Shown: positions 26,801 through 36,403 of the stretch, piece after piece
How the letters are laid out: the number at the start of each line of letters is the position of its first letter
How positions within the stretch are numbered: position 1 is the first letter of the stretch
Origin: an uncultured Acidimicrobiales bacterium
Lineage (GTDB): Bacteria > Actinomycetota > Acidimicrobiia > Acidimicrobiales > DATKAS01
Assembly: GCA_963802505.1 (NCBI GenBank)
Contig: CAWDJB010000002.1
Span: forward strand, 20,627 to 84,626
Direction of reading: 5' to 3'
DNA length: 64,000 bases
Program-made: the position numbers and the translations under genes
Notes under the pieces: generated by a model
Database searches by the model: none
Told to the model about the DNA's origin: nothing
The model's input: the letters and a program-made list of their open reading frames with translations, nothing else

Positions 26801-27474
26801 ACCTTGCGGATGAGGTCTTCGTACGCGGCGACGAACTCGGCGAACGACATCTGCTCAGCGGCCTTCACGACGGGCACCACGAGGGTGCGGCTCCCGTCGG
26901 ACTTCTCGACGTCGACGGCGATCCCCAGGTTCAGGTGCTCGTGGCGCACGACCCTCGGCTTGCCGTCGCCGCCTTCGAGGTAGGTCGAGTTCATGACCCG
27001 GACCTCGTCCGCGATCGCGCGCACCACGGCATACCCGATGAGGTGGGTGAAGCTCACCTTCCCGCCCCGCGTGCGGGCCAGGTAGCCGTTGACGATGCTG
27101 CGGTTGACCTCGAGCAGCTTCGCCGGCACGACCCGGAAGCTCGTCGCTGTGGGGACACCGAGGCTGGCTTCCATGTTCGAGACGATCACGGCGCCCGCAC
27201 CGCGGATCGGGTCGCCGGCCTCGTCGGGGGCCGGGGCCGCCGGCGCGGCCGGAGCAGGTGCGGGAGACGGCGCTGGCGCGGGAGTTGGGGCCGGCGCAGG
27301 AGCGATCGTGACCGCGCCGGGCTTGTAGTCCGCGAGGAACTCGCGCCAGCTCTCGCTGACCGAGCTCGGGTCGGCGCGGAACTGCTCGTACATCTCGTCG
27401 ACGAGCCACGCGTTCGGACCGAACTGCTCGGTCGAGTCGTGTTGCGCGGAGCTTTGCGATTGCGCGTCTGCCAC
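23863..27474 (-). CDS. kgd: multifunctional 2-oxoglutarate dehydrogenase E1 / decarboxylase with fused E2-like acyltransferase domain (Kgd type)
   Basis: 1203 aa. N-terminal FGPNAWLVDEMYEQF, an Ala/Pro linker, an E2-like catalytic segment (DHRVIQGAESG), then the full ThDP-dependent E1 body. Confidence 0.95.
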   Translation of the reverse strand: MADAQSQSSAQHDSTEQFGPNAWLVDEMYEQFRADPSSVSESWREFLADYKPGAVTIAPAPAPTPAPAPSPAPAPAAPAAPAPDEAGDPIRGAGAVIVSNMEASLGVPTATSFRVVPAKLLEVNRSIVNGYLARTRGGKVSFTHLIGYAVVRAIADEVRVMNSTYLEGGDGKPRVVRHEHLNLGIAVDVEKSDGSRTLVVPVVKAAEQMSFAEFVAAYEDLIRKVRTNKLTLDDFQGATLSLTNPGTIGTVQSVPRLMPGQGVIVGVGAIDFPAEYQAADERTLADLGVSKVVTITSTYDHRVIQGAESGLFLKRVHELLVGEGGFYDSAFTSLGVPYEPVRWRRDVNPADHDDARLQKQMMISTLIRVYRVRGHLIADLDPLKWKAPRMEPELDPATYGLTIWDLEREFLTGGLGGVEQLELGEILRILRDAYCRTIGIEYMHIQDTAEQKWIQEQVEGVRFVLSHEEQLHLMSRLNAAEAFERFLATKYVGQKRFGLEGAESAIAILDSILSSAADEGLDGVVLGMPHRGRLSVLANIVGKSYDQIFREFEGYVDPTSTQGSGDVKYHLGASGKFVSPSGADIKVELAANPSHLEAVDPVVGGMARARQDMIDRPGSYSVLPILMHGDAAFAGQGVVAECLNMSDITGYRVGGTIHLVVNNQLGFTTAPEHARSSQYATDVAKMIQAPIFHVNGDDPEACIRVARLAYAFRQTFHKDVVIDMVCYRRHGHNEGDDPSYTQPLMYKLIDERRSVRKLYTESLVKRGELSLEEAEQSLDDFQRRLQVALDETRQTAPPTPAKAARPPAPLGVLPHIPTGVPRDTLDRIFTSLTSVPDGFTIHPKLAKQFEARAHLYEQDGVVEWATAEALALGSLVLEGTDVRLTGEDTRRGTFSQRHALLVDYHTGWAFSPLASLDENQGKFWVYDSLLSEYAAVGFEYGYSVVHKDALVAWEAQFGDFVNGAQIIIDQFLVAAEDKWLQTSGLVMLLPHGYEGQGPEHSSARIERFLTMCAEDNLQVVNATTPAQYFHVLRRQVRREIRKPLVLFTPKSLLRAKYARSPIEELTVGSFEEVLDDASIADPTEVRRIIFCSGKVAYDAIARRDELAAPVAVVRVEQLYPFPRDQLIDILRRYENAREVVWLQEEPENMGPWRFMYDRSHEIENAGYKVHQVCRVESGSPATGSGVIHLQELNDLLDESFAGL

Positions 27475-27497
27475 GTTTCGATGCTACCGGCGGGCCC

Positions 27498-27537
27498 TTC
27501 ACGGCCGGGATGGGACAGTAGGTTGACCGGCCGTGAA
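27498..27537. promoter_or_regulatory. perfect 11-bp inverted repeat TTCACGGCCGG-N18-CCGGCCGTGAA spanning the cytochrome c start codon
   Basis: Read directly. Arms at 27498-27508 and 27527-27537; the right arm contains the GTG start at 27533. Lies in the 58-bp kgd / cytochrome c divergent gap. Confidence 0.3.
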
Positions 27538-27940
27538 ACGCGCGCTGCTCGCTCTCGTCCCGGTCCTCGTGCTCACCGGCGTGCTCGCCGCCTGCGGAGG
27601 AGACGACTCGGGAGGCTCGGGAGGGTCGGCAGCGCCCGGCTCGAGCGCTGCGTCCTCAGACGCCGACGCCGGCAAGCAAGTGGCGCGCGACCGCGGATGC
27701 ACGAGCTGCCACAGCAGCAACGGCGACAAGGGCACGGGCCCGACGTGGAAAGGGCTCTACGGCAGCGAGGTCGAGCTCGCGGACGGCACCACCGTGACTG
27801 CCGACGAGACCTACGTCAAAGAGTCGATCACCGATCCCGGCGCCAAGATCGTCAAGGGCTACGGCAACGTGATGCCGCACTTCACGTTGAGCCAGGAAGA
27901 GGTCAACCAGCTGTTCGCCTACATCCAGTCGCTGGCGTAG
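27533..27940 (+). CDS. c-type cytochrome lipoprotein
   Basis: 135 aa. Signal peptide with LAAC lipobox, a Gly/Ser linker, CTSCH heme-binding motif and a distal Met (NVMP). Confidence 0.8.
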   Translation: MKRALLALVPVLVLTGVLAACGGDDSGGSGGSAAPGSSAASSDADAGKQVARDRGCTSCHSSNGDKGTGPTWKGLYGSEVELADGTTVTADETYVKESITDPGAKIVKGYGNVMPHFTLSQEEVNQLFAYIQSLA

Positions 27941-27953
27941 GCGGCACGTTGGC

Positions 27954-28703
27954 TCACGGGGCGAACAGGATCTCCCACATCAGCCAGAAGACCGCCCAGA
28001 GCACGAAGCTCGAGATCAGCACGTTCCTGACTGTCTCGTAGGGCCAGTTCGTAGGTGCCTCGGCCGCCGGCTTGAACCCACCACCGATGACACCCAGTGC
28101 GTTGGCCTCGAGCGCGGCGAGGATGATCACCGTGATCGCCCAGTAGACGCCGCGAGCGCCGCCGCTGCTCGTGTCGTAGCTGAACGAGTAGTGGCTCGTG
28201 AACGTCATGAACCAGATCATGGTGACCGAGAAGAAGACGTTCTGGCGGGAGGCCATTCCTGCTCGCCTGCCGGCAGCGGCGGCCTCAGGAAGAGGCTCGC
28301 CCCCGCCGCGCACCTGCACCGCGGACGCGATGACGATCTTCTGGTTGCGCCAGATGATCCCCCACACGTTCACGAACATGATCAGCGCGATGAGGACACC
28401 AGTCGAGATCGAGAGCCCGTTCGGCGACTTGCCGAAGTTGTCGAAGTAGTCCTTCGTGAAGCCCATGATCATGAGCCCCGTCAGCACAGTCGCGACCGCC
28501 GCCCACCGGAACCACCAGAGCGCGCGTTTGGCGAGGATCTCGATCGCCTCGGTACGCGAGCCGGCGCTCATCGCTGCGAACGCCGGCACCTGCACGAGGT
28601 TGAAGTAGTAGAGCAACCCGATCCAGGTGATGCCCACGAGGATGTGGAGCCACCGTGAGGTGAATGCGAGGCCCGCTCGGTCGAGCAGCTCGAGTGCGTA
28701 CAT
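27954..28703 (-). CDS. polytopic membrane protein, tentatively urate-oxidase-N / PuuD-like membrane domain
   Basis: ATG at 28703. RWLHILVGITWIGLLYYFNLVQVP resembles the PuuD N-terminal membrane domain as I recall it. The family assignment is tentative. Confidence 0.5.
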   Translation of the reverse strand: MYALELLDRAGLAFTSRWLHILVGITWIGLLYYFNLVQVPAFAAMSAGSRTEAIEILAKRALWWFRWAAVATVLTGLMIMGFTKDYFDNFGKSPNGLSISTGVLIALIMFVNVWGIIWRNQKIVIASAVQVRGGGEPLPEAAAAGRRAGMASRQNVFFSVTMIWFMTFTSHYSFSYDTSSGGARGVYWAITVIILAALEANALGVIGGGFKPAAEAPTNWPYETVRNVLISSFVLWAVFWLMWEILFAP

Positions 28704-28792
28704 GTGCGTCCCCCCAGGGGTTGCATTACCGAACGTGGCGGAACGTATCACCGGTGTCGGTCCTGGCCAGGCATCGGTAGGGTCGAGCGGTC

Positions 28793-30469
<1,677 letters not shown>

Positions 30470-30482
30470 CTCGCGACGTGCG

Positions 30483-30806
30483 ATGACCCTTCGGGTCCTG
30501 CGGTGGGCGGTCATCGCGATCTGCGTGGTCGGGATCGCGGGGATGATCATCGGCTCGATCGCCGACAACAACAACGGCGTGGTGGTGACCTTCGGCCTGA
30601 TCACCGCAGTGTCGATCATCGTGCTCATGGCGGTCGCGACGACCGCACGCTCGCTCGAGGCGAAGCAGACAGCAGCGGCCGAGGTCGACGAAGCGCTGGC
30701 CGAAGAGATCGAAGCCCGCGTGCAGGCCCTCGTCGCTGCGGGAGCCGACGAGGCATCCCTGCGGGACCTCATAGGTAAGGCGACCCGTTTGCATCGAGGC
30801 CGCTGA
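30483..30806 (+). CDS. small membrane protein (2 TM) with helical acidic tail
   Basis: ATG at 30483, 107 aa, two hydrophobic helices. No family recognised. Confidence 0.5.
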   Translation: MTLRVLRWAVIAICVVGIAGMIIGSIADNNNGVVVTFGLITAVSIIVLMAVATTARSLEAKQTAAAEVDEALAEEIEARVQALVAAGADEASLRDLIGKATRLHRGR

Positions 30807-30847
30807 CCTGCGCCTAAGCATCGGCGACGCGCCGCCGATAGGAAATC

Positions 30848-31072
30848 ATGGCGACCAAGACCGCCCTGAGGACCCGTGCCGTGGTTCGCACGATCGAGCC
30901 CGGCAGCGAGGTCGTCTGCGCGAGCTGTGGCGATCGCGTGAAGTTCAGTGCGAAGGTGCGGGCACAGCAGGTGATCTGCAACGTGTACGTCCGCGACCGC
31001 TGGGACCGAGTCGAGCACTACCACTACGAGTGCTACGAGGAAGCCGGCAGCCCCCACGGCACTGCCGCCTGA
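30848..31072 (+). CDS. small Cys/His-containing hypothetical protein (74 aa)
   Basis: CASCGD...HYHYEC suggests a small zinc-binding fold. Composition is protein-like. Confidence 0.5.
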   Translation: MATKTALRTRAVVRTIEPGSEVVCASCGDRVKFSAKVRAQQVICNVYVRDRWDRVEHYHYECYEEAGSPHGTAA

Positions 31073-31113
31073 CCGCCATGAGGACAGGGGCAGGCCCCGG
31101 CTAGACACATGGG

Positions 31114-32013
31114 ATGCAACAGCCCCTGCTTCGTCGCGCCACGCTTGCAAGCGCCGCGCTCGTCGTCGCCCTCGTCTTGTTCCTCTGCGGAGTGGTCACA
31201 GGCCGAAGCTCTGCGCAGGAGCGCGGTGACACCCCCTCTCCGAGCACGACAGTCGCAGCTGCGACGCCAGCCGCCGCGACACAAACCCCGGCAGCGATGC
31301 CTCACGTGATCATCTACGGAGACTCGCTCGTCACCCAGGCCGAGCCCTATCTCCAGATCGTCTCGCGCGCACTCGGCCTCGAGGTCGAGGCGCGCGCGAT
31401 CGGTGGCACCGCTCCGTGCGACTTCGTGCCTCGTATCCAAGAAGACGTCGCGGCGAAACGAGTCGACCTCGCCGTATGGGCGTTCAGCGGAAACAGCGTC
31501 GGCAGCTGCATGCTCGGCGCCGATGGCAAGCCCGTCGGCGGGCAAGCGCTGTTCGACAGGTACCACGACGACACCGAGCAGGCGATCGAAGCCGCTGAGG
31601 CCGGGAACGTGCCCTTCGTCCTCGCCTCGCCACCGGCACCGCACCTTCCCGGTGATGTCTGGGAGCAGCTCGACTCGGTCTATCGCTTTCTCGCCGCTTC
31701 GCATCCCCGAATCCAGTACGCGGACGCGGGCGTGGCGATCTCGCCCGTCGGCAAGTTCGTCGACACGCAGCGGTGCCTGCCCTTCGAGCAGCGAATCCCG
31801 CAGGCTCGCGAGGCGTGCGACGCGGCCGACGGCGTGATCACCGTCCGAGGCAGTGACGGCCACTTCTGCCCGGTGTCGACGACGACCGGCAGCCTCGAGT
31901 GCACCACCTACTCCTCGGGGGCGATGCGCTACGCGATCAACCTGCTGCAAGCCGCACGACTCGAGCTCGACTACCAGGCCCAGGTCGCGGCCGGAGCGAT
32001 CCCACCACCATGA
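31114..32013 (+). CDS. secreted SGNH/GDSL-like hydrolase family protein
   Basis: 299 aa with an N-terminal TM/signal segment, a Thr/Ala/Pro linker, and VIIYGDSL (GDS block I). Multiple Cys residues. Confidence 0.6.
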   Translation: MQQPLLRRATLASAALVVALVLFLCGVVTGRSSAQERGDTPSPSTTVAAATPAAATQTPAAMPHVIIYGDSLVTQAEPYLQIVSRALGLEVEARAIGGTAPCDFVPRIQEDVAAKRVDLAVWAFSGNSVGSCMLGADGKPVGGQALFDRYHDDTEQAIEAAEAGNVPFVLASPPAPHLPGDVWEQLDSVYRFLAASHPRIQYADAGVAISPVGKFVDTQRCLPFEQRIPQAREACDAADGVITVRGSDGHFCPVSTTTGSLECTTYSSGAMRYAINLLQAARLELDYQAQVAAGAIPPP

Positions 32014-32023
32014 GGGCTCGGTC

Positions 32024-32515
32024 GTGAAGACACAGTCCAGCTCGGCGTCGGCCATCTTGGGCAGCGCGATCGGCCTCTACGCGGTCTTCGACACGCTGAT
32101 CGTGGGGCTGCCGATCCTCGTCCTCGCCGTGCGGTTCAACTCGCTCGCCGTGTTCTGCATCGCCGTGCTCTCGGTGTTCCTTCTCAACGTCGCGTGCTGC
32201 ACGTGGGTCGACGCGAATTGGGGTCTGTTCGCCGCAGGTCCGGGCGGCCGCGTGGAAGCGAGGATCCAGAAGCTGCGCGCCCGCAAGTCCCTGGAGAAGC
32301 CGATCGGCTGGATCACGAACGGGTCGGCGCGGAGCTACGCGCTCGCAGCGGCGGTGATCAACGCGATCCTCGTCGTGGCGACGGCGCGGGTCGTGACCGG
32401 CTCACCGGTCGGGGCGCAGCGCATCCGCACTGCGTCGCTCACCTACGCGCTGCTCTTCTCGGCGGTCTACTCCTTCTGCGGATACGCACTGGGAAGGGTC
32501 ATCGACCTGCTCTGA
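32024..32515 (+). CDS. integral membrane protein (4 TM)
   Basis: GTG at 32024, in frame within track ORF 31853..32515. Hydrophobic helices; no family recognised. Confidence 0.5.
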   Translation: MKTQSSSASAILGSAIGLYAVFDTLIVGLPILVLAVRFNSLAVFCIAVLSVFLLNVACCTWVDANWGLFAAGPGGRVEARIQKLRARKSLEKPIGWITNGSARSYALAAAVINAILVVATARVVTGSPVGAQRIRTASLTYALLFSAVYSFCGYALGRVIDLL

Positions 32516-32533
32516 GTGTTTGTGAGCGCAGCG

Positions 32534-32929
32534 CTACCCGACCGCGGTGCCTTCAAGCTCGACCATGAGCTCGGGAAACGCGAGGCGGCTGACACCGAGC
32601 AACGTGCCCGCGGGCATCACACCGACGGCACCGAGACGAGTACCCAGCACGCGCTCGTTCGCGAGGAAGGCGTCGACATCGGTCGTGTAGAAGTTCAGGC
32701 GCACGAGGTTGCCGAGCCCCAGGCCAGCGTCGTGCAGCACCGCCTCGACGTTGTCGAGGGCGAGCGACATCTGCGCGGCCATGTCGCCGGCATGCTGAGG
32801 CGCCCCGTTTGCATCGACCGACGTTTGGCCGGCGCAGAACAGGACCTTGGTCGCACCCTCGACCAGCTCGGCTTGGTTGAAGCCGAAGGCCAGCGACCAC
32901 TGCCATGGGTTGACTGCTGTGCGTTCCAT
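32534..32929 (-). CDS. RidA/YjgF family protein
   Basis: 131 aa with a typical RidA pattern (GQTSVD...N.EAVL...G....V.LN.Y..D...F). Confidence 0.85.
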   Translation of the reverse strand: MERTAVNPWQWSLAFGFNQAELVEGATKVLFCAGQTSVDANGAPQHAGDMAAQMSLALDNVEAVLHDAGLGLGNLVRLNFYTTDVDAFLANERVLGTRLGAVGVMPAGTLLGVSRLAFPELMVELEGTAVG

Positions 32930-32970
32930 CGCACGATCCTTCCAGCTGGTTGCGGACCTAGCCTGCAGGA

Positions 32971-33408
32971 GTGCCCGGCGATCTGCGGCTGTCGTTCGCC
33001 GATGCCATCGAGCTGCGTCACTGCACGTCCTGCGGCGGTGAGATCAGATCCGGCCAAGGCTTTGTCGAGTCGGGCATCGACGCGCTCGCCGTGTACTGGT
33101 TCGACCTGCACGCCGAAGGCGACGACCGCCGAGCTCGGATCCTCGTGGCGCTCGACAGCGCGGCCAACCCCGACGCGTGGGAGTGGGGCGAGGCGTTCGG
33201 TGTCGAGGTGCGGTCCGAGCCGGACCAGCTCGTCTGCGCGCTGGTCGACGCAGATCACGCACCCGTGCGCCCCGACCCGACCGATCCCGTCCATGACCGG
33301 GACGACGGTCTGCGCTCGTCACAGGTCTCGTTGCTCTGGGAGATCGTCGACGCCGTCGTGGCTGATGACGCTGCGTTGGCGGAATTCCTCGCGAACGACG
33401 CCGTCTAG
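32971..33408 (+). CDS. acidic hypothetical protein
   Basis: 145 aa with an N-terminal CTSCGG. No family recognised. Called on composition and gene context only. Confidence 0.45.
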   Translation: MPGDLRLSFADAIELRHCTSCGGEIRSGQGFVESGIDALAVYWFDLHAEGDDRRARILVALDSAANPDAWEWGEAFGVEVRSEPDQLVCALVDADHAPVRPDPTDPVHDRDDGLRSSQVSLLWEIVDAVVADDAALAEFLANDAV

Positions 33409-33417
33409 CCTGCCCGC

Positions 33418-34176
33418 GTGAGCGACCCGGACGCCGACGACCATCGCATCGCGGCCGAGATCGCTGAGGCGACGGGTGTCCTCTTGGTCGCGCTCCGCGC
33501 CGAGCTCGTCACCGCGGGTGCACCGTCATGGCGTGTCATGGACGAGGGCGACATGCGCGCCCATCACTTCATCGTCGAACGTCTCGCGGAGCTGCGCCCG
33601 AACGATGCGATCCTGTCGGAGGAAGGACGCGACGGCCCCGCTCGACTCTCCGCCGATCGCGTGTGGGTCGTCGACCCGCTGGACGGCACGAACGAGTTCG
33701 GCCAACCGGGTCGCAGCGACTGGGCCGTGCACATCGCACTTGCGGTGCGCGGTGAGCCCCTCGTCGGCGCGGTCGCGCTCCCCGCAGTCGGCGTCGTGTA
33801 CGACACGGGCGATCCGCCTCCGTATCCCCCACCGATCGACGGTCGCAACCTCCGCGTGATCACGAGTCGCAGCCGCTCGTCGCACGCAGCCGCGGTAGTG
33901 GCGCACAGCCTCGGCGCGGACATCATCCCGTTGGGCTCCGCAGGTGCCAAGGCGATGGCGATCGTGAGCGGCGACGCCGACATCTACGCGCACTCCGGTG
34001 GCCAGTACGAGTGGGACAGCGCCGCGCCCGCCGCAGTCGCGATCTCCGCCGGACTTCACGTCACTCGCCTCGACGGATCGCCGCTCGTCTACAACCGCGC
34101 CGACCCCTGGCTCCCCGACCTCCTCATCTGCCGCAAGGAGCTTGCCGAAGCCGTGCTCACCGCCCTCTGGGGCTGA
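33418..34176 (+). CDS. cysQ: inositol monophosphatase family protein, CysQ-like 3'(2'),5'-bisphosphate nucleotidase
   Basis: 252 aa, ILSEEG, WVVDPLDGTNEF, and WDSAAP motifs. Confidence 0.85.
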   Translation: MSDPDADDHRIAAEIAEATGVLLVALRAELVTAGAPSWRVMDEGDMRAHHFIVERLAELRPNDAILSEEGRDGPARLSADRVWVVDPLDGTNEFGQPGRSDWAVHIALAVRGEPLVGAVALPAVGVVYDTGDPPPYPPPIDGRNLRVITSRSRSSHAAAVVAHSLGADIIPLGSAGAKAMAIVSGDADIYAHSGGQYEWDSAAPAAVAISAGLHVTRLDGSPLVYNRADPWLPDLLICRKELAEAVLTALWG

Positions 34177-34177
34177 G

Positions 34178-34222
34178 CGTTCGCGCGATCGGTTGCGGCA
34201 CGGTGCGGCTACCGCGCGAACG
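34178..34222 (+). terminator. GC-rich hairpin immediately after cysQ (10-bp perfect stem CGTTCGCGCG / CGCGCGAACG)
   Basis: Arms at 34178-34187 and 34213-34222, starting 2 nt after the cysQ stop. There is no U-tract, which is common for actinobacterial terminators. Confidence 0.4.
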
Positions 34223-34267
34223 GTCGGGGGCCCCGGGAATGTCACACCCCTGAGCGATGCTCGCGGG

Positions 34268-35204
34268 ATGGCGGACATGGCGAGGATCATCTGGTTCTTC
34301 CAACGGCAGCTCGGGCTCATCACGCGCGAGCAGTGCGTTGCGTGCGGCTTGACCGAAGGGCAGATCACGCATCGACTCCGATCGGGGCTCTGGGTCGAGA
34401 TGCGCCCGGGTGTTTACGCACTCGGAGGTGTGGCTCCGTCGTGGGAACAGGCCCTTCTCGCGGTCACGCTGACGGGGAGGCCTGCCTACGCATCGCACGC
34501 GTCGGCCGCCCACCTCTGGGGGATACGGGGTTTCCTCGACGTTCCCGACTCGATCGAAGTGGTCACTGCTCTTGGGCGCTTGTCGCGCTTGGAGGGCGTG
34601 CGCGGGCACCGCTCGGGCGCGCTCTTCGACAGCGACCTCACGGTGCGCGGGTCAGTCCTGACTGTGACCGCGGCGAGAGCGATCGTCGATGTGTCGGGAC
34701 GGCTCGTCCCGAAGGAGCTCGGCTACCTGGTCGACGACGCGCTCCGCCGGCGACTCATGTCGCTAGAGGGTCTACGGCGTTGCGCGGAGCGGTTGGGACC
34801 GGCGCCGGGGCGGTCCATGAAGGGGATGCAACGAGTTCTCAGGGACCGACTCCCCGGTTACTCGCCGGGAGACAGCGACCTCGAGACGCGCGCGCTACGC
34901 GCGCTGGTCGGCGCCGGGCTGCCGCCGCCCCGACAGCAGTTCCGGATGGAGCTCGCAGGTCGACGCGTCCGGATCGACTTGGCCTATCCCGAGCAGCGCA
35001 TCGCCATCGAGCTGGACGGTTGGGACACACACCGGTTCCGCTCATCCTTCGACGCGGACCATGCCCGGCGCGACGACCTTCTTGTCGCCGAGTGGTCGCC
35101 GGTCACGTTCACCTCGGCTATGACAGACGAGTACCTGGTGTCGGTCGTCGAGCGGCTGTACCGCCGCGCCATGGCGACGTTCGCCGCGATCGCCCGCGGC
35201 ATAG
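34268..35204 (+). CDS. AbiEi_4-like N-terminal / DUF559 endonuclease-like domain protein; 3' end unresolved
   Basis: MADMARIIWFFQRQLGLITREQCVACGLTEGQITHRLRSGLW... and C-terminal RIDLAYPEQRIAIELDGWDTHR...DDLLVAEWSPVTFT (DUF559). The homologous part ends near 35170, but the frame has no stop until 36736. A +1 shift in the CGCGCC tract near 35165 would terminate at TAG 35202-35204. Confidence 0.5.
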
Positions 35205-35245
35205 TGCGGCAAACGCGCGAACGGGCGGGTGGTTTGGGCGATCGG

Positions 35246-36403
35246 TCAGGAGAGGCCGAGTTCGGCGAGCACTTCGGCGGTGTGCTCGCCCAGCGTGGGA
35301 ACACGGCCGGGTGCCGCGACATGGTCAGACGCCGGCTCGAATCGCACCGGCGTCGACACCGACTTGTACTGCTCCCCGTCGATGCCGGCCATCTCGACGA
35401 ACATGCCAGCGGCGTTCGCCTGCGGGTCGGCCAGCACGTCGCGCAACGTGTTGACCGGCGCCCACCACACGTCGTGCGCGTCGAAGCGCTCGACCCACTC
35501 GTCGAAGGTGCGCGTCGCGAACAGCTCGTCGAGCTCGGCGATGAGCGCCGCGCAGTTCTCGCGTCGCCCCACCGACGTGCTGAACCGCTCGTCCTCGGCG
35601 AGGTCGGTGCGATCGATGGACCGCAACAACCCGGGCCAGTGGCGATCTCCCTCGAGGCCGAGCAGCCAGAACCATCGATCGTCGGCCGTCTTGTAGCAGT
35701 TGACGAGGGGCGCAGGAGCGAGCGTCCGCGACTTCGTCGAGGAGATCTTGCCGAAGCCCGACAGGATCGAGAGGTCCCAGCCCATGCAGTAGATGCCGGT
35801 GCCCAGCAGCGATACCTCGACCAGGCGCCCCTCACCGGTGCGCTCACGTTCGAGGAGTGCGCCGAGCAATCCAGCGAGGACGGTCAGCCCGGTGGTGTGA
35901 TCGCCGTACCCGCTGCGGATGGTGGGCGGCACCTCGGTCGGCGGCACGAGCGTCGCGGCCGCGCCGCTCCGGGCCCAGAACGCCCCGATGTCGTAGCCCG
36001 CTCGATCGCGCTCGGGTCCTTCGAGGCCGTAACCGGTCACGCTCGCGTAGACGATGCGCGGCAGACGCGCGCGCACGGTCTTCGGGTCGAGCCCGAGGCG
36101 CTCGAGCGCGTCGACGCGAAGGTTCGTGAGGAACACGTCCGCGGTCTCGAGCAGCTTCCACATCGCGGCGATGCCGGCCTCGGATCGCAGGTCGAGCACG
36201 ACCGAGCGCTTGCCGCGGTTGTCGAGCTCGAACGGCGGAACCTTCGTCTGCCGCACGCCGATCGCTCCGAACAGCTTGCGCATCGGGTCGCCCTCGGGCG
36301 GCTCGACCTTGATCACGTCGGCGCCCCAGTCGGCGAGCACGCCGCCGGCCGCGGGGCCAGCCACCCACACGGACAGCTCGACGACGCGCAGGTGGTCGAG
36401 CAT
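35246..36403 (-). CDS. family III CoA-transferase (CaiB/BaiF)
   Basis: ATG at 36403 (MLDHLRVVELSVWVAGPAAGGVLADWGADVIKVEPP...), 385 aa. TGATG overlap with the upstream gene. Confidence 0.85.
   Translation of the reverse strand: MLDHLRVVELSVWVAGPAAGGVLADWGADVIKVEPPEGDPMRKLFGAIGVRQTKVPPFELDNRGKRSVVLDLRSEAGIAAMWKLLETADVFLTNLRVDALERLGLDPKTVRARLPRIVYASVTGYGLEGPERDRAGYDIGAFWARSGAAATLVPPTEVPPTIRSGYGDHTTGLTVLAGLLGALLERERTGEGRLVEVSLLGTGIYCMGWDLSILSGFGKISSTKSRTLAPAPLVNCYKTADDRWFWLLGLEGDRHWPGLLRSIDRTDLAEDERFSTSVGRRENCAALIAELDELFATRTFDEWVERFDAHDVWWAPVNTLRDVLADPQANAAGMFVEMAGIDGEQYKSVSTPVRFEPASDHVAAPGRVPTLGEHTAEVLAELGLS

Noticed and set aside
34268-35204. AbiE-type toxin-antitoxin / abortive infection defence locus
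   Set aside because: Only the AbiEi_4-like/DUF559 gene is present. There is no AbiEii nucleotidyltransferase and no other defence gene nearby, and the flanks are housekeeping (cysQ, CoA-transferase).
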